Positions 20,160 through 28,177 of a stretch of 34,519 nucleotides of DNA are shown in pieces. A program made the position numbers and the translations under genes. The stretch is taken from IMG/VR virus record IMGVR_UViG_3300037424_003032, positions 1 through 34,519 of that record; one strand, given 5' to 3'. The DNA is from a virus. Taxonomy: Duplodnaviria > Caudoviricetes. Under the pieces are notes generated by a model. The model worked only from the letters and a program-made list of their open reading frames with translations. It was not told the DNA's origin and did no database searches. The number at the start of each line of letters is the position of its first letter. The stretch's first letter is position 1.

Positions 20160-21731
20160 TCAGTCTTCGCTGCCGTCTTCTTTTTCTTGATCTTTCTTCT
20201 TCACGGCAGGCTCTTCTTCTGCACCATCCTGCTCCTGAGCGCCTTTTGTTACGCTGGCCAGAGCCGCCTTTACCGGCGCCCAATCCTTTATCATGTCGAT
20301 CATGGCAACGATCTTGGCGACTTCCTGTGTGCCGCGCCCCAAAGCAACCTGGGCGCTCTCAAGGCTGATAGCCGGGGGAGTAGTGGCGAGTAGCTTTACA
20401 ACCTCGTCAACGATTGCCGATTGGTCGCGCGGGAGGATCGGGTTGTAGGAAGGAATGATTTGACGTTGAATCAGCAGTTCAATCACTTCCTGTGGTACAT
20501 CGCGGAATTTCTTTTGTTTCAAAATGGTGCCGGTGATCTGCAAAGCTTGCAGGAGACCAGCGGTCAGGTACCCACGGCTGCGACGCATTGCTTTCAAGAG
20601 GGGCCATAACCTAATCTCTAAAGTCACACCTGACCGCTGACCTCCACCGTTGTCTTCACCGAATGCAATTGGCGGAGTTGAAGCAGACGTACGTGTCCAG
20701 TCATACAGAAATTCGATGTATTTGAAGGTTGCATCAGCAACGGGGTTCTCGCTTTCCAGTAATCCAACTTCCGGCTTATCTCCGCCAGCGCGTGTGCGAC
20801 CAAGGTCCCACATCGCATTTGGAGACAAAGGAAAGTTCTTAGCATTGAAGTCTCGCGGCAGATTTGTGCCGTGAAGAACAGGGTGCGAATGAACGTTGAG
20901 TGCTTCGCCTGCATCTGCCAGGCGCATGTTGATCTCGTCTTGCGGAGCGTAGATGTCGTCGGCCAGGCTCTCGCCCCACCAGTCAATCGTGCGCATGCGC
21001 GGGATGTAGACGAACGGGATCACGCCCCAAGGGTTCTGACCGCTGTAGGCATCAACGCGCTTGCCATCGATGGTGGTCTCATAGACATACTTTGACCAGT
21101 GCTCGACGCGAATGACCGGCATGTCGCCTTCCGTTGTCACGCCGTAGATGGTGCGCGCCTGCTCGGGCAGGATTTGGGTGACGTACCAGCATTCCAACAA
21201 TTTGTCCGGGTCTTCTGGATCGAAGACTGGATAGAAACTGTCTACCGGAATGTTTGACCAGCGAACTTTGGACGGGCGCGAGAAGTCGAAGTTGACACGA
21301 AGTACGCCGGCGCCATATAAATTTCGAGCAAATTCCAGTTCCCAAAACGAGGAACCAGCGTTGCTATCTTCCATGATTTGGGTCGCGAAATTTACCGCTG
21401 CCTGGTCGACGGCTGTGGTCTTTTCGTTGCGAGACCGAAACAAAATGATGTTTCGCTGATCGTCCCATTCGCCAAAGGCAGCGTCGGTCAGAGATAGAAC
21501 GATCATCTTGACCAGGTTGACGCCTACTGGGTACAACAGAGGGGCGCCATCTTCATCTACTTCAGTCTCGACGGTCTCTCGAAAGATGTCGCCGCTGTAG
21601 TAGCGAATAGCTTTTTCGTGCTGCGCCCGCACGCTCATCCAGGTAGTACGTAGCATCGGACTGGCGTCAACTATGTCGCCGAGTTGGTCTGGTTGTAGAA
21701 CTGGAGTAAAAAGTGCGTTAGGGCTCATCAA
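20160..21731 (-). CDS. Portal protein (SPP1 gp6-like)
   Basis: RYYSGD, VNLVKMIV, NPWGVIPFVYIP, WGES and SGVTLEIRL motifs; 523 aa. Confidence 0.9.
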   Translation of the reverse strand: MMSPNALFTPVLQPDQLGDIVDASPMLRTTWMSVRAQHEKAIRYYSGDIFRETVETEVDEDGAPLLYPVGVNLVKMIVLSLTDAAFGEWDDQRNIILFRSRNEKTTAVDQAAVNFATQIMEDSNAGSSFWELEFARNLYGAGVLRVNFDFSRPSKVRWSNIPVDSFYPVFDPEDPDKLLECWYVTQILPEQARTIYGVTTEGDMPVIRVEHWSKYVYETTIDGKRVDAYSGQNPWGVIPFVYIPRMRTIDWWGESLADDIYAPQDEINMRLADAGEALNVHSHPVLHGTNLPRDFNAKNFPLSPNAMWDLGRTRAGGDKPEVGLLESENPVADATFKYIEFLYDWTRTSASTPPIAFGEDNGGGQRSGVTLEIRLWPLLKAMRRSRGYLTAGLLQALQITGTILKQKKFRDVPQEVIELLIQRQIIPSYNPILPRDQSAIVDEVVKLLATTPPAISLESAQVALGRGTQEVAKIVAMIDMIKDWAPVKAALASVTKGAQEQDGAEEEPAVKKKDQEKEDGSED

Positions 21732-21743
21732 TCCTCAACAAAT

Positions 21744-21773
21744 AAAAAAGGCCCTGAGAATTCTCAGGGCCTT
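21744..21773 (-). terminator. Intrinsic terminator/attenuator immediately upstream of the portal gene
   Basis: 26-bp perfect inverted repeat AAGGCCCTGAGAATTCTCAGGGCCTT followed by T-tract on the minus strand. Confidence 0.8.
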
Positions 21774-21790
21774 CCATCGGAATGGTCAGG

Positions 21791-22066
21791 CTAAATTTTT
21801 CGTTTGATTTTGTATGCCAGGCCGCCGTCTTCCCCGTCTATTTCTACGGTAGCCGGCTCGCCGTTGTGGATCGTGATCTTGCTGAGACACACCCAGCCCT
21901 CTTCGCGAAGCATGGTAACAAAACGCTCTTGGGCTTCGGTTAGCTCTCTTTGCTTGACGTTTTCTCTGCAATGTATTTCGGCGTTCAGAATTTCGCCAAA
22001 CTTGATACGGGCCGCCACATCTAGGATGTGACCTTCTTGTGTGGTTATATCTAGGGATTTTAGCAT
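21791..22066 (-). CDS. Small protein with two YezD/DUF2292-like motifs
   Basis: ARIKFGEILNAEIH and LREEGWVCLSKITIHNGEPATVEI resemble the DUF2292 pattern; GGAG RBS. Confidence 0.55.
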   Translation of the reverse strand: MLKSLDITTQEGHILDVAARIKFGEILNAEIHCRENVKQRELTEAQERFVTMLREEGWVCLSKITIHNGEPATVEIDGEDGGLAYKIKRKI

Positions 22067-22085
22067 TGTTCTCCATATTTGTCAA
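22057..22085 (-). promoter_or_regulatory. Sigma70-type promoter TTGACA-17-TAAAAT with extended -10 TG
   Basis: -35 at 22085-22080, -10 at 22062-22057. Confidence 0.65.
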
Positions 22086-22117
22086 GTGTAATGTACAATT
22101 GGATAGCAATTGTTCCT

Positions 22118-22321
22118 CTAGACATCATTGTGGTCTACCTTGAACCGGTTGTCTGTACGGGTAAAACCAGTCGATTTGTAAACTACGAGAGCCTGACTGT
22201 CGTAGATGCGACCAAGCGTGCCGCCGCACCCTTCGTGGTGTGTCGGATGGGGAGCTGTCATCGCGTGTTCGATGACGACTACCTTCTCGCATTTCCGACA
22301 TCGGAAAGTGTATTCTGCCAT
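22118..22321 (-). CDS. FmdB-family zinc-ribbon protein
   Basis: YTFRCRKC ... HEGCGGTLGRIY ... YKSTGFTRTD; AGGAGG RBS. Confidence 0.85.
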   Translation of the reverse strand: MAEYTFRCRKCEKVVVIEHAMTAPHPTHHEGCGGTLGRIYDSQALVVYKSTGFTRTDNRFKVDHNDV

Positions 22322-22872
22322 GTGTTACGCCTCCTGAATGTAAGTTTCTTCAATGTGGTCGAGACGGCATCCATGATCGCGTGCATGGTATCTGAAACGC
22401 ATAAGCCGACAAAGCTGGCGGCAATCAGTTCGACCTCGATTTGGGCGTCTCCGTGTAGGAGCGCCAGGATCGCTTTACCAATAGGAAGAAGATAAACCGT
22501 GCGTGGCCAGCCAATGGAAAACATGAGAGCTGAACCAATCACGAGATACACCGCGTACAAGTACAATAAGCGTAGGGATGTGCCAAGGACGGGCACGTGC
22601 GAAAGATGGGACCGGTGAGGCACCAAAATCGCATAGGGTTTCCAGATCCATTTCCAAATCCATTTGAAAATAGACCCAAAAAAAAGCTTTGCCAGACTTA
22701 TTCCGATGTATCCGCTGTCCACGTCCAAGTCTGGAGAAAGCAACACTCCAGACAGGCAACCAATGGACACAGACACAATCATCGATTTGTCTACTTCCGG
22801 CAGTAGGGCACACGTCGCAATTGCAGCCGCCGTGAGAGCAGAAGTAGCGGCATGCACCCTACCGGCTGGCAT
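22279..22872 (-). CDS. DUF2227-like putative metal-binding membrane protein
   Basis: MPAGRVH, LSPDLD, PHRSHLSH.PVLGT.LRLLYL and H..MD motifs with TM helices. Confidence 0.8.
   Translation of the reverse strand: MPAGRVHAATSALTAAAIATCALLPEVDKSMIVSVSIGCLSGVLLSPDLDVDSGYIGISLAKLFFGSIFKWIWKWIWKPYAILVPHRSHLSHVPVLGTSLRLLYLYAVYLVIGSALMFSIGWPRTVYLLPIGKAILALLHGDAQIEVELIAASFVGLCVSDTMHAIMDAVSTTLKKLTFRRRNTWQNTLSDVGNARR
22292..22307. repeat. One-mismatch palindrome copy TTTCCGACATCGGAAA
   Basis: 15/16 match, in the overlap of two genes. Confidence 0.8.
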
Positions 22873-24352
22873 GCGATCTCGTCGTGCGCTTGCGACGATT
22901 GCGGTAGTTTGGCAGAGGTATTTGCTTCACGGCTGCCTCTTGGCCATTCGAGTACCGTTTCAGATACGCAATCATCGCCAGGGTCATCACCAAGTCTTGC
23001 TTGGCATTCTTGTCGTCGTAGCGGTCGTAAGTTCCGAGCTGCGTGGTCAAACCCTCAATGCGCGGAAAGCGCAAGTCTTGATTGGCCAAAGACATCGATA
23101 GCGAGTTTACGAGCACGTCCTTTAGGTGCCCGAAGCTCAACGCGTCTACAACCAGGCCGTAGTTCTCGAAGCCCAGCTCATCGATAGCCATTTGCGTGCC
23201 GGTGGTGTCAACACCTTTGGAAATTGGCCGGTAAAGCTCGGCTGCATACTGGTAAGCAGAAAGGAATGGCTTGTAAGAGCCGCGCCCGCTGATCCAGTTG
23301 AAGTACACGAGCGTTGCCGGCTTGACACTGATGTCGAAGACCATAACGCACGGCGAGTTGCGGCGCGGGGGACTGTCTACGCCAGGATCGCCAGCCATGA
23401 TGTGCAGGTGATCCTCGTTGGGCGGTACTTCGTAGTGCACTACGCCAACGCGGGGCCATTCGTCCATGATGTAGCCCGGGCGAGGCTTGCCGGTTTCTGG
23501 GCGAAGCGCTTCTTCCATTACGTCGTTCAAGTTCGCGTCCGTGCAGGAGCGAATGTGATTGAGCGGGAAAGTGCTTAGGCCCCAGTCTGGGAAGATAGCG
23601 CGCATTTCGATGTCGGCGTATTCCGCAGGGAAAGAAGCCTCCATCAGCTCGATCTGTTCTTTGGTCAGGCGCTTGTTGTCCCAGGTCGTGACGCGCATAG
23701 AGATGAAATTGCGCAGCGTCTTTGCAGTTGCTCTTGGATGACCGGGCAAGCCTTGCTCGAAGCGCTCGCGAAACCAGTCCGCAGGGGTGGGAGTTCCCGT
23801 TACGTCCAGGCGAGCCATACGCGGGGAGCCGTCAATGCGAGTGCCGCGCAAGCGTCCACGAAAAACCTTGATCGCTTCGCCGTCTTCGTCCAATCCGGCT
23901 TCGTCGTAGTTGATCCGGTCGTACTCGTGACCTCGGATGAACTTTGCGCCAAGGCCCGCAGTGCGGAATTCAAAGGTGGACAGGTTGGCGAAGTTCAGGA
24001 TCGGATAAGGCCGCAGGGTCTTGTCCAGGACAAAGCGGTTCAGACGTGGATGAGTTTCCAGCCAGGCGTCGACCATCTCAAACGCCAGCTCTGCCTGCTT
24101 GGCCGTTACCGAGGCGTTCAGCGCTTTGAAGCCAGGGTAGGTGAGGCAGTTCATCAAATAGGACGAAGAAATGATGGCTGTTTTACCAGAACCAATCCCG
24201 GCCACCAGGGTGGTGTTTTTGATCGGGAGGTAATGGAACACGTACTGGTAATCTAGGGGGTCCCAATCCCAATACCATTGCGTAGCCAAGTGAAAGCCGC
24301 CATTGACGGCGGCTTTCAGCATTGCTTCGTCAGAACTTGTAAGTTTAATCAT
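22859..24352 (-). CDS. terL: Terminase large subunit
   Basis: Walker A AGIGSGKT, Walker B RINYDEA, coupling motif TGTP, nuclease AGDPG and C-terminal QDLVMTLA; start set at ATG 24352. Confidence 0.9.
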   Translation of the reverse strand: MIKLTSSDEAMLKAAVNGGFHLATQWYWDWDPLDYQYVFHYLPIKNTTLVAGIGSGKTAIISSSYLMNCLTYPGFKALNASVTAKQAELAFEMVDAWLETHPRLNRFVLDKTLRPYPILNFANLSTFEFRTAGLGAKFIRGHEYDRINYDEAGLDEDGEAIKVFRGRLRGTRIDGSPRMARLDVTGTPTPADWFRERFEQGLPGHPRATAKTLRNFISMRVTTWDNKRLTKEQIELMEASFPAEYADIEMRAIFPDWGLSTFPLNHIRSCTDANLNDVMEEALRPETGKPRPGYIMDEWPRVGVVHYEVPPNEDHLHIMAGDPGVDSPPRRNSPCVMVFDISVKPATLVYFNWISGRGSYKPFLSAYQYAAELYRPISKGVDTTGTQMAIDELGFENYGLVVDALSFGHLKDVLVNSLSMSLANQDLRFPRIEGLTTQLGTYDRYDDKNAKQDLVMTLAMIAYLKRYSNGQEAAVKQIPLPNYRNRRKRTTRSHASR

Positions 24353-24830
24353 CGCCAGGCACAGGTTCGGGCTGCGGGAAGTGCTGCGCCCGGAATTCCT
24401 TGATAACGTCAGAAGCGTAACCCTTGGATACACTCAAGGCGTGTGCCACTTCGGTTGGACCAGGGACAAATTCGTCAGTTGCATTTTGCGCCAGGTAAGC
24501 CCAGATTTTCTGGTAAATCTCGCTCTGCTCGCGTGGCGTTCGTTTTTTTCGCGGTTCACCTCTACTGCCGGACACAACGTTGTATCCATTCTCTGTAGTG
24601 AGAGTTTTCAGCGCTTTTATACACTCCCTTTCATATCGATCCAGCTCCCACGGCTCACAATAGAGTAATACATACCGCTTGAAGTTCATTTCACCGTAAT
24701 ACCTAAGGGCACGCTCCAAGGCGGCAGAACCATTGTGAATTGCATTCATTCTGCGTTTTACGTCTATTCCCTGACCAATATATTTTGCGCCATCGAGAAG
24801 ATTTTCCAGTGCATATATTCCAGCTATCAT
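24345..24830 (-). CDS. GIY-YIG endonuclease with C-terminal HTH
   Basis: GIYALENLLDGAKYIGQ, conserved R, E and GYN; HTH PGPTEVAHALSVSKGY. Confidence 0.9.
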   Translation of the reverse strand: MIAGIYALENLLDGAKYIGQGIDVKRRMNAIHNGSAALERALRYYGEMNFKRYVLLYCEPWELDRYERECIKALKTLTTENGYNVVSGSRGEPRKKRTPREQSEIYQKIWAYLAQNATDEFVPGPTEVAHALSVSKGYASDVIKEFRAQHFPQPEPVPGDD

Positions 24831-25786
24831 TGCAAAATCTCCTGGACTAATTCATCTTGTTGCGGCGCAAATGTTGGTTTTTTCGCACGAAATTCTTTGA
24901 TGGTATCGACAATCACAGAACCCTTTGTTATTCCAAGCTCGCGAGCCACCTCGGACGGACCGGGAATGAATTCGTCTGTCGAATGTTCTGTCAGATATTG
25001 CCAGATCGCGTCGCGTTTTTCAGTGTTTACCATTCGCTCGTTCGGGTGTTCGGGCGTTCGTTCACCATCGAACGAACGAACAAGCTCCTTGGGGAGAGAC
25101 CTCTTCACGAGCTTCATCTGGTTTTCGACAATCTGCTTGTCGGGTGACTTGTCCCAGCTATCGCGCAAGCCCTGCTCCCAGTCCGCGTATGCGTTGCGGT
25201 ACTTGATGTCTGCGGCGTCGCGCACGTTGCTCCAGCGAGCTAACATTGCGCCGATCACCATGCCGGCCACGGCAGCCACGATGGATGCGCCGGCGCCAAT
25301 GGTCACTGCCAGCACGCCGCTAAAATCAATGCCGACGTTGAAGCCATTGAACGAGACGCCCAAGCCGGCCACAATCGAAATCGCCAGCATGACCACCTCG
25401 CCGACCACCAGCCACCAGGTAGAGACCTTGATGGTGTTGAGCTTCTCGTCGTCCGACAGGTTGCGATTGTCGGATTCGGCACGAATAGCAGCAAAGACCA
25501 CGATGCCAAACTCGATAGCCAGGATCGCCAGGACCGCCTCGGCCCTGCGCGTGGTCAGGTTTGCACCGGCTGACGCCAGGAAGAACATCTCGGCTGTACG
25601 AAGCGCAGCCAGGCCGATGGCGCCAATTGCCTGCAACAAGATCAGAACCAACTGCCAGCCAATCGTCTGCCAGATGGCTATGGACGCTTTTGCCGGTGGC
25701 GGTACCTGGGCTGTGTAGCGCTTCTTGTAGTTTTCCCATGCAACCAGTTCGGATTGCGCGGTTTGTGCAAATAAATCAGGATTCAT
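24827..25786 (-). CDS. Four-TM membrane protein with C-terminal HTH domain
   Basis: GGAGG RBS before ATG 25786; four hydrophobic helices; PGPSEVARELGITKGSV HTH. Confidence 0.8.
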   Translation of the reverse strand: MNPDLFAQTAQSELVAWENYKKRYTAQVPPPAKASIAIWQTIGWQLVLILLQAIGAIGLAALRTAEMFFLASAGANLTTRRAEAVLAILAIEFGIVVFAAIRAESDNRNLSDDEKLNTIKVSTWWLVVGEVVMLAISIVAGLGVSFNGFNVGIDFSGVLAVTIGAGASIVAAVAGMVIGAMLARWSNVRDAADIKYRNAYADWEQGLRDSWDKSPDKQIVENQMKLVKRSLPKELVRSFDGERTPEHPNERMVNTEKRDAIWQYLTEHSTDEFIPGPSEVARELGITKGSVIVDTIKEFRAKKPTFAPQQDELVQEILQ

Positions 25787-26115
25787 TTTGCCTCCAGTAA
25801 ATCTCCGACGTCGGACATGATGGGCCAGCCCAGTTCGTCGTATTTGTATCCGTAGTAGCGCGAGAGCAGCCTGCGAAATTCCTCGGCTGTAATCTTGACC
25901 GCCTCGGCCAGGGTGTGATGCCAGCGGCAAAGCGAGATCACATTCTCGATCACATCCGGTCCGCCGGTGCCAACCGGGATAATGTGGTGGCCATCCAAGC
26001 CTCCGCGGCAGCCGTCTTTGTGCCAGATACCGTACAGACATACGCCATCGCGGGCTCTTGCTTTATCGGTAATGGTTCTGTCAACTAAACGCGTGTGCTT
26101 TGGGGCGGCGGGCAC
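25783..26115 (-). CDS. HNH endonuclease (possibly packaging-associated)
   Basis: RDGVC..., DGHHII, ENVISLCRWHH; GGAGG RBS. Confidence 0.9.
   Translation of the reverse strand: MPAAPKHTRLVDRTITDKARARDGVCLYGIWHKDGCRGGLDGHHIIPVGTGGPDVIENVISLCRWHHTLAEAVKITAEEFRRLLSRYYGYKYDELGWPIMSDVGDLLEAK
25804..25815. repeat. TCCGACGTCGGA palindrome (end of HNH gene, just upstream of TM-HTH gene RBS)
   Basis: Exact match; encodes SDVG. Confidence 0.95.
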
Positions 26116-26569
26116 GGCAAGCCTCCATGAGTTCGTCTATGCTGTGTAGATCGCTAACGTGAATATGGTGACAGGCGTCGACTTGTTCCAGGTCCAGTGG
26201 GGCGGCAAGGATTTCATGCTTCCAGGCAAAACCACGAGGGATCGCCGTTTGTCTGATCGAATCCACGCTCATCATCAGGATGACGTGCGCCGCAACTCGC
26301 TTGTAATAAGCCACAAATAGCCACCGGGAAGTGGGCTTGGTCGACTTGACGTCAATCGTGATGCCGTGAAGAGTGATGTCGATGCCTCCGTCAAAGGAGG
26401 TGCCCAGTTCTTCAGGTAGGCCGAGAAAGCGACGAGCCGCCAGTTCTCCGGCGGCTCCTATCACCTCAATCTCGGTTCCGTAATCGGCACGGTGGCGTGG
26501 CGTTTTGTTGTTGCGCAGCCTTTCCGCAGCAACGTGCTGTATATAGGGCCAATCGGAACAGAGGTTCAT
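26081..26569 (-). CDS. PD-(D/E)xK-fold nuclease-like protein
   Basis: GAAGELAA ... DGGIDI ... IDVKST. Confidence 0.7.
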   Translation of the reverse strand: MNLCSDWPYIQHVAAERLRNNKTPRHRADYGTEIEVIGAAGELAARRFLGLPEELGTSFDGGIDITLHGITIDVKSTKPTSRWLFVAYYKRVAAHVILMMSVDSIRQTAIPRGFAWKHEILAAPLDLEQVDACHHIHVSDLHSIDELMEACRARRPKAHAFS

Positions 26570-26574
26570 GGTTC

Positions 26575-26970
26575 TTAACCAGTAACTGCGGGCAACTGGG
26601 CCGGCTCATCCAGGTCGAAGAAGTCGAGGCCAATCGCTTTGACGTCAAGCACAGCTTCCTCGATGAGCTTGTCGGCCAGCTCGGCGGTCATCGGAATCTT
26701 GTATTTGCCAGCAACGCTCATGACAAACATAACGGCAGCCTGTTTCTTTTTGGCGCCTTCTTCCGCGGACCAAGCCGGAGACTGTTCCAGCCACTTCACC
26801 GCGGTGGCCGCCTGCGATTTCATGAAGTCCCATTGGGCCACAGAAGTCTTGGATTCCAGGTACATCTTGACGATGTTGACACCATAGGCGGCAACTGCGG
26901 TCACTATCGCGCCTAGTGCAAAGACGAGATTTGCAACCATTTCGGGGGTAATAAAGTCGTTCAATTCCAT
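26575..26970 (-). CDS. Phage holin, LL-H family
   Basis: N-terminal TM, AVKWLEQ, GAKKKQAA, IEEAV; AAGGAG RBS. Confidence 0.85.
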   Translation of the reverse strand: MELNDFITPEMVANLVFALGAIVTAVAAYGVNIVKMYLESKTSVAQWDFMKSQAATAVKWLEQSPAWSAEEGAKKKQAAVMFVMSVAGKYKIPMTAELADKLIEEAVLDVKAIGLDFFDLDEPAQLPAVTG

Positions 26971-27069
26971 GCTGTGCTCCTTGTTTTTTGATGACGCGAG
27001 AACTTAATTAACTTATCTACTTTCTATTAAGTAATCTATTAATCTACTCTTCGCGTTTGACGCCCTGTG

Positions 27070-27098
27070 ATTGTAGCTCATTTGTTCCGGTATGTCAA
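27070..27098 (-). promoter_or_regulatory. Promoter of the morphogenesis operon, TTGACA-17-TACAAT
   Basis: Near-consensus elements with 17-bp spacer, about 100 bp upstream of the holin. Confidence 0.8.
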
Positions 27099-27105
27099 GG
27101 TTATG

Positions 27106-27164
27106 AACCGTATGGTTTTCAACTCGTCCACTTCTCTCACGGCTAACTTGCCAACCGAATGGTT
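27106..27164. promoter_or_regulatory. Two operator-like sites AACCG(T/A)ATGGTT at 27106-27117 and 27153-27164
   Basis: Quasi-palindromic 12-mers, 11/12 identical, at divergent promoters. Confidence 0.55.
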
Positions 27165-27250
27165 CGACGATATGCTTACAGGTATCCACAAGCACATTGG
27201 AAGGTTAAAGCGCGACTGCCCTCCGTTTCCCACAGAGGGCAGTCTGTTGT
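27148..27250 (+). ncRNA. Candidate sRNA unit 1 (promoter TTGCCA-17-TATGCT plus 10-bp hairpin 27214-27244)
   Basis: Promoter geometry and GACTGCCCTC/GAGGGCAGTC stem; no RBS-led ORF downstream of the promoter. Confidence 0.4.
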
Positions 27251-27315
27251 ATCCAAGTGGACCTATGCCTACTGAATAATCAAAGTTCAGCCGGCATTAC
27301 CTCAAACGGGCGAGG

Positions 27316-27466
27316 GTTTACAAAACTGTTCGTTGACTTTCCACTTTGCTGCTTGTATTATGGTGTTGCATATTGTTTCTTTGACAGATTGGGAAATCTG
27401 TCGGCCAGCCGCCCCGCTAATTCCCCACTGGCATGGGGGTCCTCCAGCGAGGGCGGTTGGCTTTTC
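27316..27466 (+). ncRNA. Candidate sRNA unit 2 (promoter TTGACT-17-TATTAT, two hairpins, T4)
   Basis: GACAGATT/AATCTGTC hairpin, then GCCAGCCGCCC/GGGCGGTTGGC stem ending in TTTT. Confidence 0.55.
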
Positions 27467-27489
27467 AATAATCAAGTAAAATACCCTAC

Positions 27490-27768
27490 ATGGAACAACC
27501 AGAAGATAAGCCAAAAACTACCGGCGGGCTGTCAAAGACTTCGCCAAGAAACACCGGTGGGCTTCCAAAAACATCATCCTTGTCTAAGCGTGATTTTCCA
27601 CTTACTCAGGTAGAGCTATATGCTTACTTTGTTGTGCTTGCAATGGTAGTTCTATCTGGCCTCGTGATACCCCAACGGATACTTGACGAGTATGAAATGG
27701 CATTTCTGCTGTTGGTCGTGCTGCCGTTCTTGGCCTGGTCTGGCCGGATAATTCTAAAGTCAGGCTAG
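27490..27768 (+). CDS. Hypothetical two-TM membrane protein
   Basis: 92 aa, duplicated TGGLxKTS motif, two TM helices; no clear RBS. Confidence 0.45.
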   Translation: MEQPEDKPKTTGGLSKTSPRNTGGLPKTSSLSKRDFPLTQVELYAYFVVLAMVVLSGLVIPQRILDEYEMAFLLLVVLPFLAWSGRIILKSG

Positions 27769-27903
27769 TTTACAAATCTGTTCGTTGACTTTTCACTCCG
27801 CAGTCCGTAAGATATAGGCACCACGCATGCAAATGCGATGGGATGTAGACAGGAACAATACCTGCCGGCCCGCGCCCCGCTCCCCTGCGGGCGTTGGTTT
27901 TTA
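27768..27903 (+). ncRNA. Candidate sRNA unit 3 (promoter TTGACT-17-TAAGAT, three hairpins, T5)
   Basis: 30-bp promoter block is 28/30 identical to unit 2; CGCAT-GCAA-ATGCG GNRA hairpin; terminator-like end. Confidence 0.55.
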
Positions 27904-27944
27904 ATAAAGCAAAGGCTGGCAGTGTGGATACCACATCCCGCGAG

Positions 27945-28052
27945 TGGACAATCTGAGCCTTACTTTTGTATAATATGTATGCACCAGAGCGAGGCCATTG
28001 CGACCTCGCTCCTCAACCATAGGGCTTGCGCGGCAACGCAAGCCCTTACTCT
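27945..28052 (+). ncRNA. Candidate sRNA unit 4 (TGGACA-18-TATAAT, two strong hairpins)
   Basis: GAGCGAGG/CCTCGCTC and AGGGCTTGCG/CGCAAGCCCT stems. Confidence 0.4.
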
Positions 28053-28177
28053 TCCGGGCGGAATGCGTCAGCTAATAGTTTCATCGTCCAGACAATCAGC
28101 AACCATTGGCCAACAAGCATCCCTGCCAGGAAAACAATGATGTAGTCTGTCATTGTTACCTCCATATTCTAGGGCGG

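Noticed and set aside
20152-20283. N-terminal extensions given in the ORF track (phosphoesterase, TerL, TM-HTH protein, chaperone, tail-tip)
   Set aside because: They overlap upstream genes or structured intergenic DNA; internal starts have better RBS or coupling evidence.
27076-27088. LexA-like box GAACAAATGAGC in the late promoter spacer
   Set aside because: Two mismatches to GAAC-N4-GTTC and host taxonomy unknown; too weak to call.
27316-27797. 30-bp direct repeat beginning GTTT as a CRISPR array
   Set aside because: Only two copies, 422 bp apart, no cas genes; explained as duplicated promoter blocks.
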